From Acidobacteriota bacterium (GTDB lineage: Bacteria; Acidobacteriota; Thermoanaerobaculia; Multivoradales; UBA5704), in assembly GCA_040005235.1 (NCBI GenBank), contig JBDTZG010000023.1, positions 18,648-82,647 on the forward strand: DNA of 64,000 nucleotides, read 5' to 3'. Shown here piece after piece: positions 27,101-35,871 of this stretch. The notes under the pieces are model-generated. The model was given only the letters and a program-made list of their open reading frames with translations, ran no database searches and had not been told where the DNA came from. The position numbers and the translations under genes are program-made. Position 1 is the first letter of the stretch; each line of letters begins with the position of its first letter.

Positions 27101-28370
27101 TTCCCTTGAACTTCCCGACCTCGATGGCGCCCCCGTTCGCCTCGCGGCCTGGGTGGTGCTCCAGAAGGGGGCTGCACTCGCGGAGATCGAAGCGGAAGCA
27201 GCCCGCCGCTTGCCCGCGTTCGTTCACCTCGCGGGCATTTTTCCCGCGACCTCGCTGCCGCTGAGCCCCGCGGGCAAAGTGGACTTCGAGGCTCTCCGCG
27301 CGAACCTGAAGGTCGGGAGCGGCCGTCCAAGGGTTCCTCCGTCAGACCCTCCCCGTGAGGGATCGGAGCGCACGCTCGGCGAAATCTGGCGGCGAGTCTT
27401 GGGGCTCGATGCGATTCGTCGGAATGACGATTTCTTCAACCTCGGAGGCGATTCGCTTGCCGCCGCACGGCTGCTTGCGGCGATCGAAGAACAGTTCGAC
27501 CGGCGGCTGCGGATCGCGCAGCTCTTGAAGGCGCCCACGCTCTCGGCCCTCGCCGGCGAGCTCGGGGCAAATCGTTCCGACCGCAAACGCACCGCCGAGA
27601 GCTCTTGCCGGGTCGACCTGCAGCCGGAAGGAAAAGCACCCGGATTGGCTTTCGTCCACGGGCTCGGTGGCCACCTGCTGCGCTTGGTCCCGCTCGCCCG
27701 CGCGTTCGCTCCCGACCAGCCGGTTCTCGGTCTGCAGAGCCCAGGACTGGACGACGACCGGCCGATTCCGCGCACGATCGAGGAGCTGGCCGCTGTCTAT
27801 CTCGCGGCGCTGCGCGAAGCGCAGGGGCCGGGGCCGCATCGTTTGGTGGGGATGTCGTTCGGCGGTGTCGTGGCGCTCGAAATGGCGCGCCAGGCGGTGG
27901 CGGTCGGAGAGAGCGTGGCGATGTTGGCGCTTCTCGACACCGACGTCTCCGAGATCCTGCCCGCCTTTCGCCCCGCGCGGCCCGGCCCGTCGGTACGGAT
28001 CAAGGCCGCTCTTCGACGTTTCCTCGGCGATCGCCTCGGCCGCGCCCGTAGGCGATTGCGGCACGTTTTCGGAAGGAACGGCGTCGATGAGGTCGAACGG
28101 GCGAACGAATATCGCAACTTCACGGCGGTTCTCCGCGCGAACGAAGAAGCCCTTGGGCGCTACCAGGTCGGTCGCTACGCGGGGCGGGTGATCTTTTTCG
28201 AGGCCACTCCCCGCCCCCAAGGACTGTACGACGAGCTGGTCCGAGTCTGCGGCTGCGATCTTGAACGGGTGCGTGTGCCGGGCGACCACCTGAGCATGCT
28301 CGAACCCCCCCACGTCGCCGGGCTCGCCGCCGAGCTGCGGCGGCGGGTGAGCCCCTTTACCTCGGATTGA
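24105..28370 (+). CDS. Single-module NRPS-like enzyme: formyltransferase (N+C) - degenerate linker - A - T - TE
   Basis: INYHDAPLPRYAG...IDAGD; FTSGSGGGPKG, NTYGPTE, YRTGD, GRLDRQLK; FFNLGGDSL; GMSFGG and GDH. Confidence 0.9.
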   Translation: MPPLSCLVVGDSAVTVSCLEILRARGLPLVGVVTADPRVGGWAVENGLPTCHLALSAPLTAEHVTDLAAGTPIDLLWSIHNLRRLLPDVLALPRRLAINYHDAPLPRYAGLHATSWAIANRERSHGITWHRADAEIDAGDVLIQRTIEIGPHETAWTLNNRCSEAAAESFGALLDALLDGSLAPRPQDLAHRTFFPGWRTPRPGCVIPWDQAAEQACAFVRGLDFGIADNPLGFPKLLAPDGTFLVGSLEVLAPLGAAAGEPGRVTAVTAEGIDVTTATSRVRVTSLVDLSGRSVRPTEVGLAKGTVLPSAAPREADLERWERSNRRHERFWSEILSGLSPLAPPGFESESSEAAELETSLAPELLGSFAEKSLTCEEALLVAVCAGFAAEIDQPFDLAVSEPGQRRSIDEIAGNGLLAPRLPLRVGKLDPEEFGLSAFAWILVREWRRRRARGAYAIDLPLRIRRLRLRAERGERIEPAVALDLMAEGEDPRMLPWAGAVLAIGIDPSGRMLWRARRSESELRALAGRFLLGFGPGLAAEPCCETARRQILSAHEDAEAGSLVARFRSHAARAPEALALAAGEEAWSYGALAARIDRLAAALVRRGVFPERLVALRLQRLADQVTAIFAVLAAGGAFVVLESADPPGRLERVLAQCHPDLILSDRSEAWLARYAPVHSIGLAEAAEGPAVACDEESDGAGGTLAYVAFTSGSGGGPKGVAVERRAISKYIGEAGRFFAFAPGDRVLQLGSAAFDLAYEQIFGALCNGASLIGRADPAWPGTPELFAQLDRLAITVLDLPTAVWEQLSRDAARTGLAWPRKLRLVILGGERATASAARAWKATGGGSIRLINTYGPTEATIVATWWEAGGGDCEEVPETGLPIGRPIPGTTAWVLDEDQQTVPEGDPGELWIGGTGLARGYHRRPDRTAERFVSVAAAKGARLYRTGDQVRRREDGHLEFLGRLDRQLKIAGRRIEPGEIEATLDEIPGVAMAAVAAVASLELPDLDGAPVRLAAWVVLQKGAALAEIEAEAARRLPAFVHLAGIFPATSLPLSPAGKVDFEALRANLKVGSGRPRVPPSDPPREGSERTLGEIWRRVLGLDAIRRNDDFFNLGGDSLAAARLLAAIEEQFDRRLRIAQLLKAPTLSALAGELGANRSDRKRTAESSCRVDLQPEGKAPGLAFVHGLGGHLLRLVPLARAFAPDQPVLGLQSPGLDDDRPIPRTIEELAAVYLAALREAQGPGPHRLVGMSFGGVVALEMARQAVAVGESVAMLALLDTDVSEILPAFRPARPGPSVRIKAALRRFLGDRLGRARRRLRHVFGRNGVDEVERANEYRNFTAVLRANEEALGRYQVGRYAGRVIFFEATPRPQGLYDELVRVCGCDLERVRVPGDHLSMLEPPHVAGLAAELRRRVSPFTSD

Positions 28371-29637
28371 CGCTCGGGATCGGCTGGATTGCGACCGGGT
28401 CGAGCGGATCGGCAGGAACCGGAGTCGCGGGTTCCACAGCAACCGGCTTGGGAGGCGCCTTTTCCGGCTCGGTCACCCGTCGGGTCAGACCGCCCACGCC
28501 GAGCATCAAGGCCGCGGCCATCCAGAACGGCGCTTGGGGGCCGAGGACGTCGAACGCCTTGCCGGCCCAGATCGGGCCGAGCATGCGGGCAACTCCGCCG
28601 AACGCCTGCTGGACGCCCATCACCTGGCCCGTCTCTCCGTCAGGCGCGGTGCGCGAAACGAGCGCGGTGGTCGCGGGGAAAAGCAGCGCCGTGCCGACCG
28701 GCACGAACAGAACCGCCACGGCGAGCACCGGAATGCTCGGCGCAAACGGGATCGCGGCAAGGCCGACCGCGAGCGCGATCGCACCCAGTTTCATTACGCC
28801 CACCTCGCCGAAGCGGCGCACCATCGGCCCCAGCAGCAGGGCGCGCATGACCAGGGAGATGCTGCCCACATAGGTGTAGAACCAGCCGATCGACTCCTTG
28901 GTGACCCCGAATTTCTTCGCCAGGTAGAGAGCGAGGATGCCGTTCATCGCCATGAAGGCCATCATGCCCACGGCGTAGACCCAGATCAGCGAGGCGACCG
29001 GCGAGGTCGGCTCGCGCAGCACTTCCGCGATTGATTTGCGCAGCGAGCGGCGCGGCGCCGTGCTCTTGGGCACGGTGCTCCGCCGCCTCGGTTCGGGCAG
29101 CCACAAATAGGCAGAAATCGCGTTGGCAATGCACAGCGCGGCGGCGACGAAGCCGGGACCCGAAGCACCCAGCCGGGTGGCGTACGAGCCGATCAGAGGC
29201 CCGATCATGACCCCGGCGCTGGTGGCCGCGGTGATCCAGCCCAGAGCCTTTGCCCGCTCTTCCGGCGCAACCGCGTCGCTCACGTAGGCCTGGACGACGC
29301 CGACCGTTCCGCCGCCCACCCCTTGGACGAAGCGGAAGGCGAACAGCATCCAGATCGAGGTGGCAAAGCCGAACAACGCGAAAGACACCGCCGAGATGAG
29401 AAGTCCGACGATCAGCAGCGGCCGTCGGCCGTAGCGGTCGGAGAGTCGCCCCCAAAACGGCGAAGAGAGCAATTGCGCCGCGGCGAAGATCGCCACCAGC
29501 AGGCCGACCATGGTCGCCGTCGCCCCCAGACTCTCGGCGTAAAACGGCAGCAGCGGGTGGACGATCAAGAAACCCACCATGTCCACGAACACCGTGGCCA
29601 TGAGGACCGAGAGCTGGCGCAGCGCGCTTTTTTCCAT
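28357..29637 (-). CDS. MFS transporter (TetA/DHA1-like)
   Basis: GRLSDRYGRRP motif A; about 12 TM segments. Confidence 0.9.
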   Translation of the reverse strand: MEKSALRQLSVLMATVFVDMVGFLIVHPLLPFYAESLGATATMVGLLVAIFAAAQLLSSPFWGRLSDRYGRRPLLIVGLLISAVSFALFGFATSIWMLFAFRFVQGVGGGTVGVVQAYVSDAVAPEERAKALGWITAATSAGVMIGPLIGSYATRLGASGPGFVAAALCIANAISAYLWLPEPRRRSTVPKSTAPRRSLRKSIAEVLREPTSPVASLIWVYAVGMMAFMAMNGILALYLAKKFGVTKESIGWFYTYVGSISLVMRALLLGPMVRRFGEVGVMKLGAIALAVGLAAIPFAPSIPVLAVAVLFVPVGTALLFPATTALVSRTAPDGETGQVMGVQQAFGGVARMLGPIWAGKAFDVLGPQAPFWMAAALMLGVGGLTRRVTEPEKAPPKPVAVEPATPVPADPLDPVAIQPIPSVNPR

Positions 29638-29720
29638 GCAGGAGCCTCAGGCGAGGAAGGACCGGTGGCTCCGGCCCGCAATAGAGAACGCAAAACTGGG
29701 GTTGCGGGTTGCGGGGTTCG

Positions 29721-31397
29721 TCACAACGTGTCGCTCCGGCCCCAAAGGAAGAAAACCGCCGTGCTGCCGATCGCGAGCAGCACGCCGTACGCTGCGGCGA
29801 GCCCGAGATCCTGAAGGCGCAAGGCGGAAAGGATCTCGATCGAGATCGGCCGGGTGTCGTAGGTATAGAGGACGATCGAGACGACGAAGTCGCCGAACGC
29901 GGCCAAAAACGCGAGACCCGCACCCGCGGCAAGCGCCGGCCGCAGGAGCGGCAGCACCACCCGGCGGAGCGTCCGGGACGGTCCCGCGCCCAACGAGGCG
30001 GAGGCGTCCTCCAGGGCGGGATCGAGCTGGCGCATGCCCGAAAGTGCCGCCCGGCCGGCCACCGGCAGACTGCGCACCAGATAGGCGAGCGGCAGAATCC
30101 ACGGCGTGCCGATCAGCACGAATCGGAGCGTCCAGGGGGAATGGACGCTCCAGGCCGTTGCCATTGCCACCGCGAACACGGTGCCGGGAATCGCCCAGGG
30201 GAGCGCCACAAGCGCCTCGACCGCGCGGGCGGCGGGTCCTTTCCGGCGGGTCGCGATTCGCGCCGCGGCGAATCCCAGTGCAAGTGCCGCGGCAGTCGAA
30301 ACCACCGCCATCCAGAGCGAATTGACGATCGGCCGCACGCGCTCCGGGTCGAGCAGGCCGCGGTAGTTGCCGATCGACAGGGCCGGCGGGAAGGGCTCGT
30401 TGGTCCAAGTGAAGGGCGGCACAAACGAGATCAGGAACAGGACCGCGTGGGGCAGCAGAAAGAGGATCGCGAGGCCCGCGGCGGAGAGCGCTAGGGCGAT
30501 CCGAACGCCGCGCCGCGCCGGGCGCTTGCGTGCCGGAGCCGTACCCCGTACGCCGGACGAGCCGGGAATCGCCGCCGTTCGTTCCAGCCGCCGAAGCACC
30601 CAGAGGGCGACGAGCGCAACGGCCGCGAGCAATAGAGTCTCCACCTGCGCCGCAGCCAGCTCGCCGTTCAATTTAGAGGCGACGATCTGGGTCGTCATGA
30701 CCCGGAAGTTGCCGCCGAACAGGTACGGGGCGGAAAACGAGGCTAGCGCGGTCATGAAGGTCAAAAGCGAAGCGCCGAGCAAAGAAGGGCGCAGAAGCGG
30801 CAGCGTCACCCGCCACAAGGTGCGCGCGGGCGAGGCGCCGAGGCTCGCCGCCGCTTCGAGCACCGCGCCGTCCAGCCGGGCGAGACCCGCGCGGGTGAAC
30901 AGGTAGAAATAGACGTACATCGAGTAGGTATGGACCAGCAGGATCGCGCCCGGTCCGAGCAGGCGCCAGGGCGGTTGCTCCAGGCCGAGCAGCGCCTGCA
31001 CCGCCCGGGTGGCAAAACCGCTTTCGCCGTAGAGAAACAGGAACGCGATCACCCCGACCAACGGCGGCAGCGCCACGGGAAGCGCCGCGGCGGCCGACAA
31101 CAGGCGGCGACCGGGAAACTCCGAGCGCTCGAACGCGAACGCCAGCGGCACCCCCACCAAGGCGGCGAGCCCGACCGAGGCGAGCGAGGTCCAGACGCTG
31201 CGCCAGAGCGCGAGCCACTCGTCAGGGCGCGCGAGGACATCGAGAAACGCCTTCGGCTCGCGCAGCGCCTCGATCAACGTCGCGAGCAACGGGTAGCCGA
31301 CCAGCCAGCCGAGCAGTGCGGCGAGCGCGAGGGTGCCCCAGGCGGGGCTCCAACGGTTGCCCCGACTCAACGGCGCCGCGATCGAGGCCGTGGTCAA
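29721..31397 (-). CDS. ABC permease, FbpB/AfuB-type (duplicated domain)
   Basis: Two EAA loops (LEAAASLGA, LEDASASLGA). Confidence 0.9.
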   Translation of the reverse strand: MTTASIAAPLSRGNRWSPAWGTLALAALLGWLVGYPLLATLIEALREPKAFLDVLARPDEWLALWRSVWTSLASVGLAALVGVPLAFAFERSEFPGRRLLSAAAALPVALPPLVGVIAFLFLYGESGFATRAVQALLGLEQPPWRLLGPGAILLVHTYSMYVYFYLFTRAGLARLDGAVLEAAASLGASPARTLWRVTLPLLRPSLLGASLLTFMTALASFSAPYLFGGNFRVMTTQIVASKLNGELAAAQVETLLLAAVALVALWVLRRLERTAAIPGSSGVRGTAPARKRPARRGVRIALALSAAGLAILFLLPHAVLFLISFVPPFTWTNEPFPPALSIGNYRGLLDPERVRPIVNSLWMAVVSTAAALALGFAAARIATRRKGPAARAVEALVALPWAIPGTVFAVAMATAWSVHSPWTLRFVLIGTPWILPLAYLVRSLPVAGRAALSGMRQLDPALEDASASLGAGPSRTLRRVVLPLLRPALAAGAGLAFLAAFGDFVVSIVLYTYDTRPISIEILSALRLQDLGLAAAYGVLLAIGSTAVFFLWGRSDTL

Positions 31398-32476
31398 GAT
31401 TCGACCCTAGACGCCGGAAACACCCGCGGGAGCGGAGCGTGGGCCAGCGGCAGGACCCCCACGCACTCATCCTCTTCTGCGGCGTCCGCCGCGGCCAGCA
31501 CCTCGATCTCCGTACCCGGGTGACCCTCGATCTCGATCGTGAACGTGGCGGAGGGGGCGCCGTAGCGCCGCTCGGCGACCCGGCCGACGACCGCGTTCGG
31601 AGCGTCGGGTGTGGCGATCACCAGTCCCTCCGGCCGCGCGATCAGCTCGACGCGGGTGCCGGGGGCGAGAGCTTCAAGGGCAAGCCCCGGCCAGAGCGGT
31701 CCGGCGTCCAGGCGGACATGGACCTTCTCGCCTTCAATCGCCTCAACCGTGCCGGCAAGAGCGCTCGACCGGCCGATGAACCCGGCGACGAAGCGGGTCG
31801 CCGGGCGTTCGTAGAGATCCTCGGCCCGTCCGACCTGGTGAAGATGGCCGTCCGCGATCACGGCGATCCGGTCGCCGAGGTGGAACGCCTCCTCCTGCTC
31901 GTGGGTGACCAAGACGGTCGTGATGCCGACCCGACGGATCGCGCTTCGCAACTCGCGTCGGGTCCGTTCACGGAGGGAGGGATCGAGGTTCGACAGCGGC
32001 TCGTCGAGCAGCAACACGCGCGGCTCGGGGGCGAGCGCGCGGGCGACCGCCACCCTTTGCTGTTGTCCGCCTGACATCTCGCCCGGCTTTCTTCCCACCA
32101 GCTGCGGCAGCTCGACGAGCGCCAGCGCCTCGGCGACCCGGCGGGCGATCTCGGGCTTCGTGACCTTCCGGGACTCGAGGCCGAACGCGACGTTTTCCCC
32201 CGCGGTCAGATGAGGAAACAGCGCGTAGTGCTGGAACACCATGCCGAAGTTGCGCCGGGCGGGGGGCAGAGCCGTCACGTCCTCGCCCTCGACCGAAATC
32301 CGCCCGCGGTCGGGCGTCTCGAATCCCGCCAGCAGGCGGAGCGCAGTGGTCTTGCCGCTGCCGCTGGGGCCGAGCAGGGCGAGGATCTCCCCTTTCTCGA
32401 TCCCGAGCGTCAGCCCTTCGAGAACCGGTTTACCGCCGAACGCCTTGGCCAGGTTCTCGATTTCGAGGTAACTCAT
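31394..32476 (-). CDS. ABC ATPase (FbpC/PotA-type, TOBE)
   Basis: GPSGSGKT, MSGGQQQR, LLLDEP; ATGA-coupled. Confidence 0.93.
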   Translation of the reverse strand: MSYLEIENLAKAFGGKPVLEGLTLGIEKGEILALLGPSGSGKTTALRLLAGFETPDRGRISVEGEDVTALPPARRNFGMVFQHYALFPHLTAGENVAFGLESRKVTKPEIARRVAEALALVELPQLVGRKPGEMSGGQQQRVAVARALAPEPRVLLLDEPLSNLDPSLRERTRRELRSAIRRVGITTVLVTHEQEEAFHLGDRIAVIADGHLHQVGRAEDLYERPATRFVAGFIGRSSALAGTVEAIEGEKVHVRLDAGPLWPGLALEALAPGTRVELIARPEGLVIATPDAPNAVVGRVAERRYGAPSATFTIEIEGHPGTEIEVLAAADAAEEDECVGVLPLAHAPLPRVFPASRVES

Positions 32477-33522
32477 CCGGGGTGGGCTCCTTCTCCGCCG
32501 CGGCTCCTCACCGTGCGGTCCCAGGTCGCCATCCATTCTTTGCTCTTGGCCGACATTAAGTTCCAATCGACCTTCGCCGGCACCAGCCGGGCAAGCACGT
32601 CGCGCGCCCATTCGGGCAGCGCCTCAGGCGGCAGATCGGTGCGCGCCGGAAGCCGGAACGCCTGATCGGCCGCCAGCTTCTGCGCCTCGGGGCTGCCCAC
32701 CCACTCGATGAACGCCTTCGCCTCTTCGGGGTGCCGGGCTCCCACCACCAGGCCGATCGAGTCGTCGATCACGGGAGTACCGCTGGTCGGAAACGCATAA
32801 CCGAGCGGAGCGCCCCGCTTTTTCTGCCAGAGCATGTCGGTCAGCTCCCAGACGGTGACCAGGCCCTCGCGCCGGTTGAGCTTCTCCATCAGGAGCGCCG
32901 GAGTCGAGGTGTACTCCTTGGTCTGAACGTCCAGGCGGCGCAGCCACTGCCAGCCACGCACCTCCGAGCCGGTCTCGGCGATCGAGCGGGCGAGGATCGA
33001 GCCGAACAGGGTGCGCATCGTGCCGCTCGCGAGCGGATCGCGGATCAGGACCTTGCCCGCGAAGCGCGGCGCGAGCAGATCGTCCCAATCCTTGGGCGCA
33101 TCCGCCGCCGCAACCGCCTGATCGTTGTAGACCAGAACCGGCGCGGTCCGGTACAGGCCGAAATAGAGATCGTCCGCCCGGCGGCTCTCCGGAGTGATCG
33201 CGCTCACCCAGGTCGGATGAAACGGTGCGAGCAACCCGTCCGTCGCCCCCTGGGCGAACGTCGACTGCGGCCCGCCGTACCAAACGTCCGCCTGCGGATT
33301 CGCCTTCTCCGAGCGAATCCGGTCGTAGACCTCCTGCGCCCCCATGTCCAGCCAGCGCACGTCGATCTTCGGATGCAGCTGTTCGTACCGCTTCTCGATC
33401 AAAGAGAGCAAATCGCGGCCATGGGGCGAATACAGCACGAGCGGAGTGCGACCGTCGCTCGAACACGCGACCGAAAACGCGCACGCGGCGCCAAACAGGG
33501 CGAAAGACAGCTTGTGGATCAA
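32473..33522 (-). CDS. ABC substrate-binding lipoprotein (FbpA/AfuA family)
   Basis: SVAC lipobox; KANPQADVWYGG, PKDWDDLL.P, DPLASGT. Confidence 0.88.
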   Translation of the reverse strand: MIHKLSFALFGAACAFSVACSSDGRTPLVLYSPHGRDLLSLIEKRYEQLHPKIDVRWLDMGAQEVYDRIRSEKANPQADVWYGGPQSTFAQGATDGLLAPFHPTWVSAITPESRRADDLYFGLYRTAPVLVYNDQAVAAADAPKDWDDLLAPRFAGKVLIRDPLASGTMRTLFGSILARSIAETGSEVRGWQWLRRLDVQTKEYTSTPALLMEKLNRREGLVTVWELTDMLWQKKRGAPLGYAFPTSGTPVIDDSIGLVVGARHPEEAKAFIEWVGSPEAQKLAADQAFRLPARTDLPPEALPEWARDVLARLVPAKVDWNLMSAKSKEWMATWDRTVRSRGGEGAHPG

Positions 33523-33532
33523 GGGAGGCTCC

Positions 33533-33666
33533 TCAGGGCTGGACCAACCCAACGAAACGCGCCGGAGTTTATCCGGATTCCCCGGGGTGGGTGGCCGTTC
33601 ACCCTCCCGTTACCCAGGCCGTTGGCCTGGGCTTAGGTAACGCGGCCATTCAGGCCGCATCCCTGA
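33533..33666. repeat. Intergenic multi-hairpin REP/BIME-like palindrome cluster
   Basis: CCCAGGCC-GTT-GGCCTGGG, GCGGCC-ATTCA-GGCCGC, CCGGA-GTTTA-TCCGG, GGGTG...CACCC; closed by TCAGGG/CCCTGA. Confidence 0.6.
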
Positions 33667-33687
33667 CCATGTGTGCCCCTTCGCCTC

Positions 33688-35871
33688 CTACCGCAAATAC
33701 CCCAACGCCCGCAGCTCGGCGCGGCCTTCTTCGTCGAGCTCTTCGAGCCGGGTGTCTCCGGCCGGCCCCAAGTGGAAGCCGATCAGGATCTTGGCGAGCG
33801 CGGGAAGTGGCCCGAGGAACGGCGGGGCGCCTTGCGTTGCTCCCGAATCTTCTAAGCGGACCAGCTCGGGGCGCGGGTCGCCGGGATAGAAGAGGCGGAG
33901 CGAGATTTCGCCGGTTCCAGGCAGGAGCGCGAAGGAGAGGGCGTGGGGCCGGCCGGGGGTAAGAGCTGCGGGTTGGCCGGGGCGCGGGGGCTTGCGCTCG
34001 TCCAGTCCGTCCCAGACGGCGAGCGGCGCCACGCGCGAGGCGCGCGGGATCGCGAGGCTGGAGAGGTTCTCCGGCAGGCGGATGGAACGCGGGCCTCCAA
34101 ACCAGGCGAGCGCGGTTTGCAGCCGCTCGACTTGCTCGAAGTCGGCTCCTGTGGCGGTACGCGGCTTGCGCATCGCCGCATCTTGCCTTCGATCGAAAAC
34201 CTGCGCGCGGCGGCGTACGGCATCGAATAGCAGGGTGGTCTCGCCCTGGTCGAGGCGATAGCGCTGCTCGTGGGTCTGGTGGAACGAATTGAGGCCTTCG
34301 GCCACGATTTCGCGCGGGGCGGTTCGGGCTTGGGGATCGGCGGCGAGGGGGAGGAGCGAGCGGCCGGGAAGGGCTTCGAGTTCGACTTTCGGCGCTCCCG
34401 CGAGATCGAGGAACGTGGGCACGACGTCGACCCCGGAGACCGAGCTCGTGACGTTGCCACGGGTGCCGTCCGGCAGCTTCAAGATCAGCGGCACCTTGAT
34501 GTTTTCATCGTAGAGCTTGCCCATCCCGTGCTCCATGTTGCCGTGGTCCATCAGCTCCTCGCCATGGTCCGAGGTCACCAGGATCGCCGTCCGGTTGGCG
34601 AATTCCTTGCGCCCGAGCACGCGCCAGAGGGTCGCGAGGTAGCGGTCGGCGCGGCGAATCTCGCCGTCGTACAGCGCGATCACCCGGGCGAGCTTCGGAC
34701 CTTCGAGGCGTGCGGGAAAGTGGATCCAGTACGCCTCGTTCCTCGGCTTCGGTCCCGGCGGGAGGAACGCGTCGGCGAGCCCCTCCCGGTTCAGGTAGGG
34801 CTGGTGCGCCTCGTAGGTATGGACGAACAGAAAGAACGGTGCGGTGTCCCCCGCTTTGGATTCTTTGGCTCTCTCCTCCAGCCATCGAGCGGCCGGATCG
34901 ACCACCCGGCGCACGTCCTTCGGGCTCCAGGCCTGGCCGCGGGTCGAATCGTAGCGATCGAAGCCTTGGGCGAAACCCCACTGCGGATCGACGAAGCCGC
35001 CGTCGGTGAACGCCGCGGTCCGGTAGCCGAGCGCGTGGAGCCTTTCGGCAAGGGTGTCCGCGTCGGGCGGCAGCACGTCCGGCAGCCGCCGTACCCCGTG
35101 CTGGTCGGGATAGAGCCCAGTCATCAGGCTCGCGGTGGAAGGAAGCGTCCAGGTCGAGGCCGAATACGAGTTGCGGAACAGCAGTGCTCGCGACGCCAGC
35201 TGAGCCAGGTTTGGACTGGTAGGACGCCGATAGCCGTAGGCCGAAAGGTGATCGGCTCGCACGGTGTCGATGATCATGAACACCAGGTTCGGCCGCTTCG
35301 ATACCGAGACCCGGGGCGGCAGGTTGTCGAACAACTCGGCCCAGGCAATCGGCGCCGGGCCGTCGCTCGCAAAGATCAGCCGGCGCGATCCGCCCCCGGC
35401 CGGAATCGAAATTCGGCGGCCCGTCCAGCCGTCGCCGGGATGGAGAGAGGCGGCGAAGAGCGGAATGGACGTTTCTCCGTCCACCAGATCGAGGCGCGCC
35501 GCGCTCGGCTGAGGGTCGTGCGGATCGGCGACCGCGCCGAGCGAGATGGACAAGTGGCGCGCCGCGGCACCGAGCGGCAGCTCCCAGGTGACGCCCGAAC
35601 GGGTCAAGACGGCCGCCCGGTCGCTGGTCGCGAGGCGGATGCGGTGGTGTTCTGCGAGCTGGACTTTCCGGGGCGCCGCGGCCGTCCAGATTTCGATTTC
35701 GCGCGGCGCGCCCGGGGCGAAATGCACGGAGAGAGCCCCCTCGCGAACGGTCTCGTTGGGTGAGCAGCCGGTGAAACCGATCGCGATCAAAACCGCGGCG
35801 GCAAGAGCGCGGGCAGCCCTCGCTCCCGGCCCCTCCCCCAAAGGGAGAGGGGAGAACAACCCAGGGTTCAC
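33688..35871 (-). CDS. Sulfatase-like (alkaline phosphatase superfamily) lipoprotein
   Basis: IIDTVRADH, WTLPSTASLMTG (Thr at the nucleophile position), H.YEAH.PY, TSDHGEE, C-terminal LRALGY; GTGA-coupled to the upstream gene. Confidence 0.85.
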   Translation of the reverse strand: MNPGLFSPLPLGEGPGARAARALAAAVLIAIGFTGCSPNETVREGALSVHFAPGAPREIEIWTAAAPRKVQLAEHHRIRLATSDRAAVLTRSGVTWELPLGAAARHLSISLGAVADPHDPQPSAARLDLVDGETSIPLFAASLHPGDGWTGRRISIPAGGGSRRLIFASDGPAPIAWAELFDNLPPRVSVSKRPNLVFMIIDTVRADHLSAYGYRRPTSPNLAQLASRALLFRNSYSASTWTLPSTASLMTGLYPDQHGVRRLPDVLPPDADTLAERLHALGYRTAAFTDGGFVDPQWGFAQGFDRYDSTRGQAWSPKDVRRVVDPAARWLEERAKESKAGDTAPFFLFVHTYEAHQPYLNREGLADAFLPPGPKPRNEAYWIHFPARLEGPKLARVIALYDGEIRRADRYLATLWRVLGRKEFANRTAILVTSDHGEELMDHGNMEHGMGKLYDENIKVPLILKLPDGTRGNVTSSVSGVDVVPTFLDLAGAPKVELEALPGRSLLPLAADPQARTAPREIVAEGLNSFHQTHEQRYRLDQGETTLLFDAVRRRAQVFDRRQDAAMRKPRTATGADFEQVERLQTALAWFGGPRSIRLPENLSSLAIPRASRVAPLAVWDGLDERKPPRPGQPAALTPGRPHALSFALLPGTGEISLRLFYPGDPRPELVRLEDSGATQGAPPFLGPLPALAKILIGFHLGPAGDTRLEELDEEGRAELRALGYLR
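35817..35854. repeat. REP-like GC-rich palindrome inside the 5' coding region of the sulfatase-like gene
   Basis: CCCTCGCTCCCGGCCCCTCCCCC-AAA-GGGAGAGGGGAG; translated as SPLPLGEGPGARA. Confidence 0.6.

Noticed and set aside
33540-33600. Cobalamin or TPP riboswitch (minus strand GGGAATCCGGATAAACTCCGGCG)
   Set aside because: Only a superficial match; the B12 box and the TPP CUGAGA/ACCUGA cores are absent.
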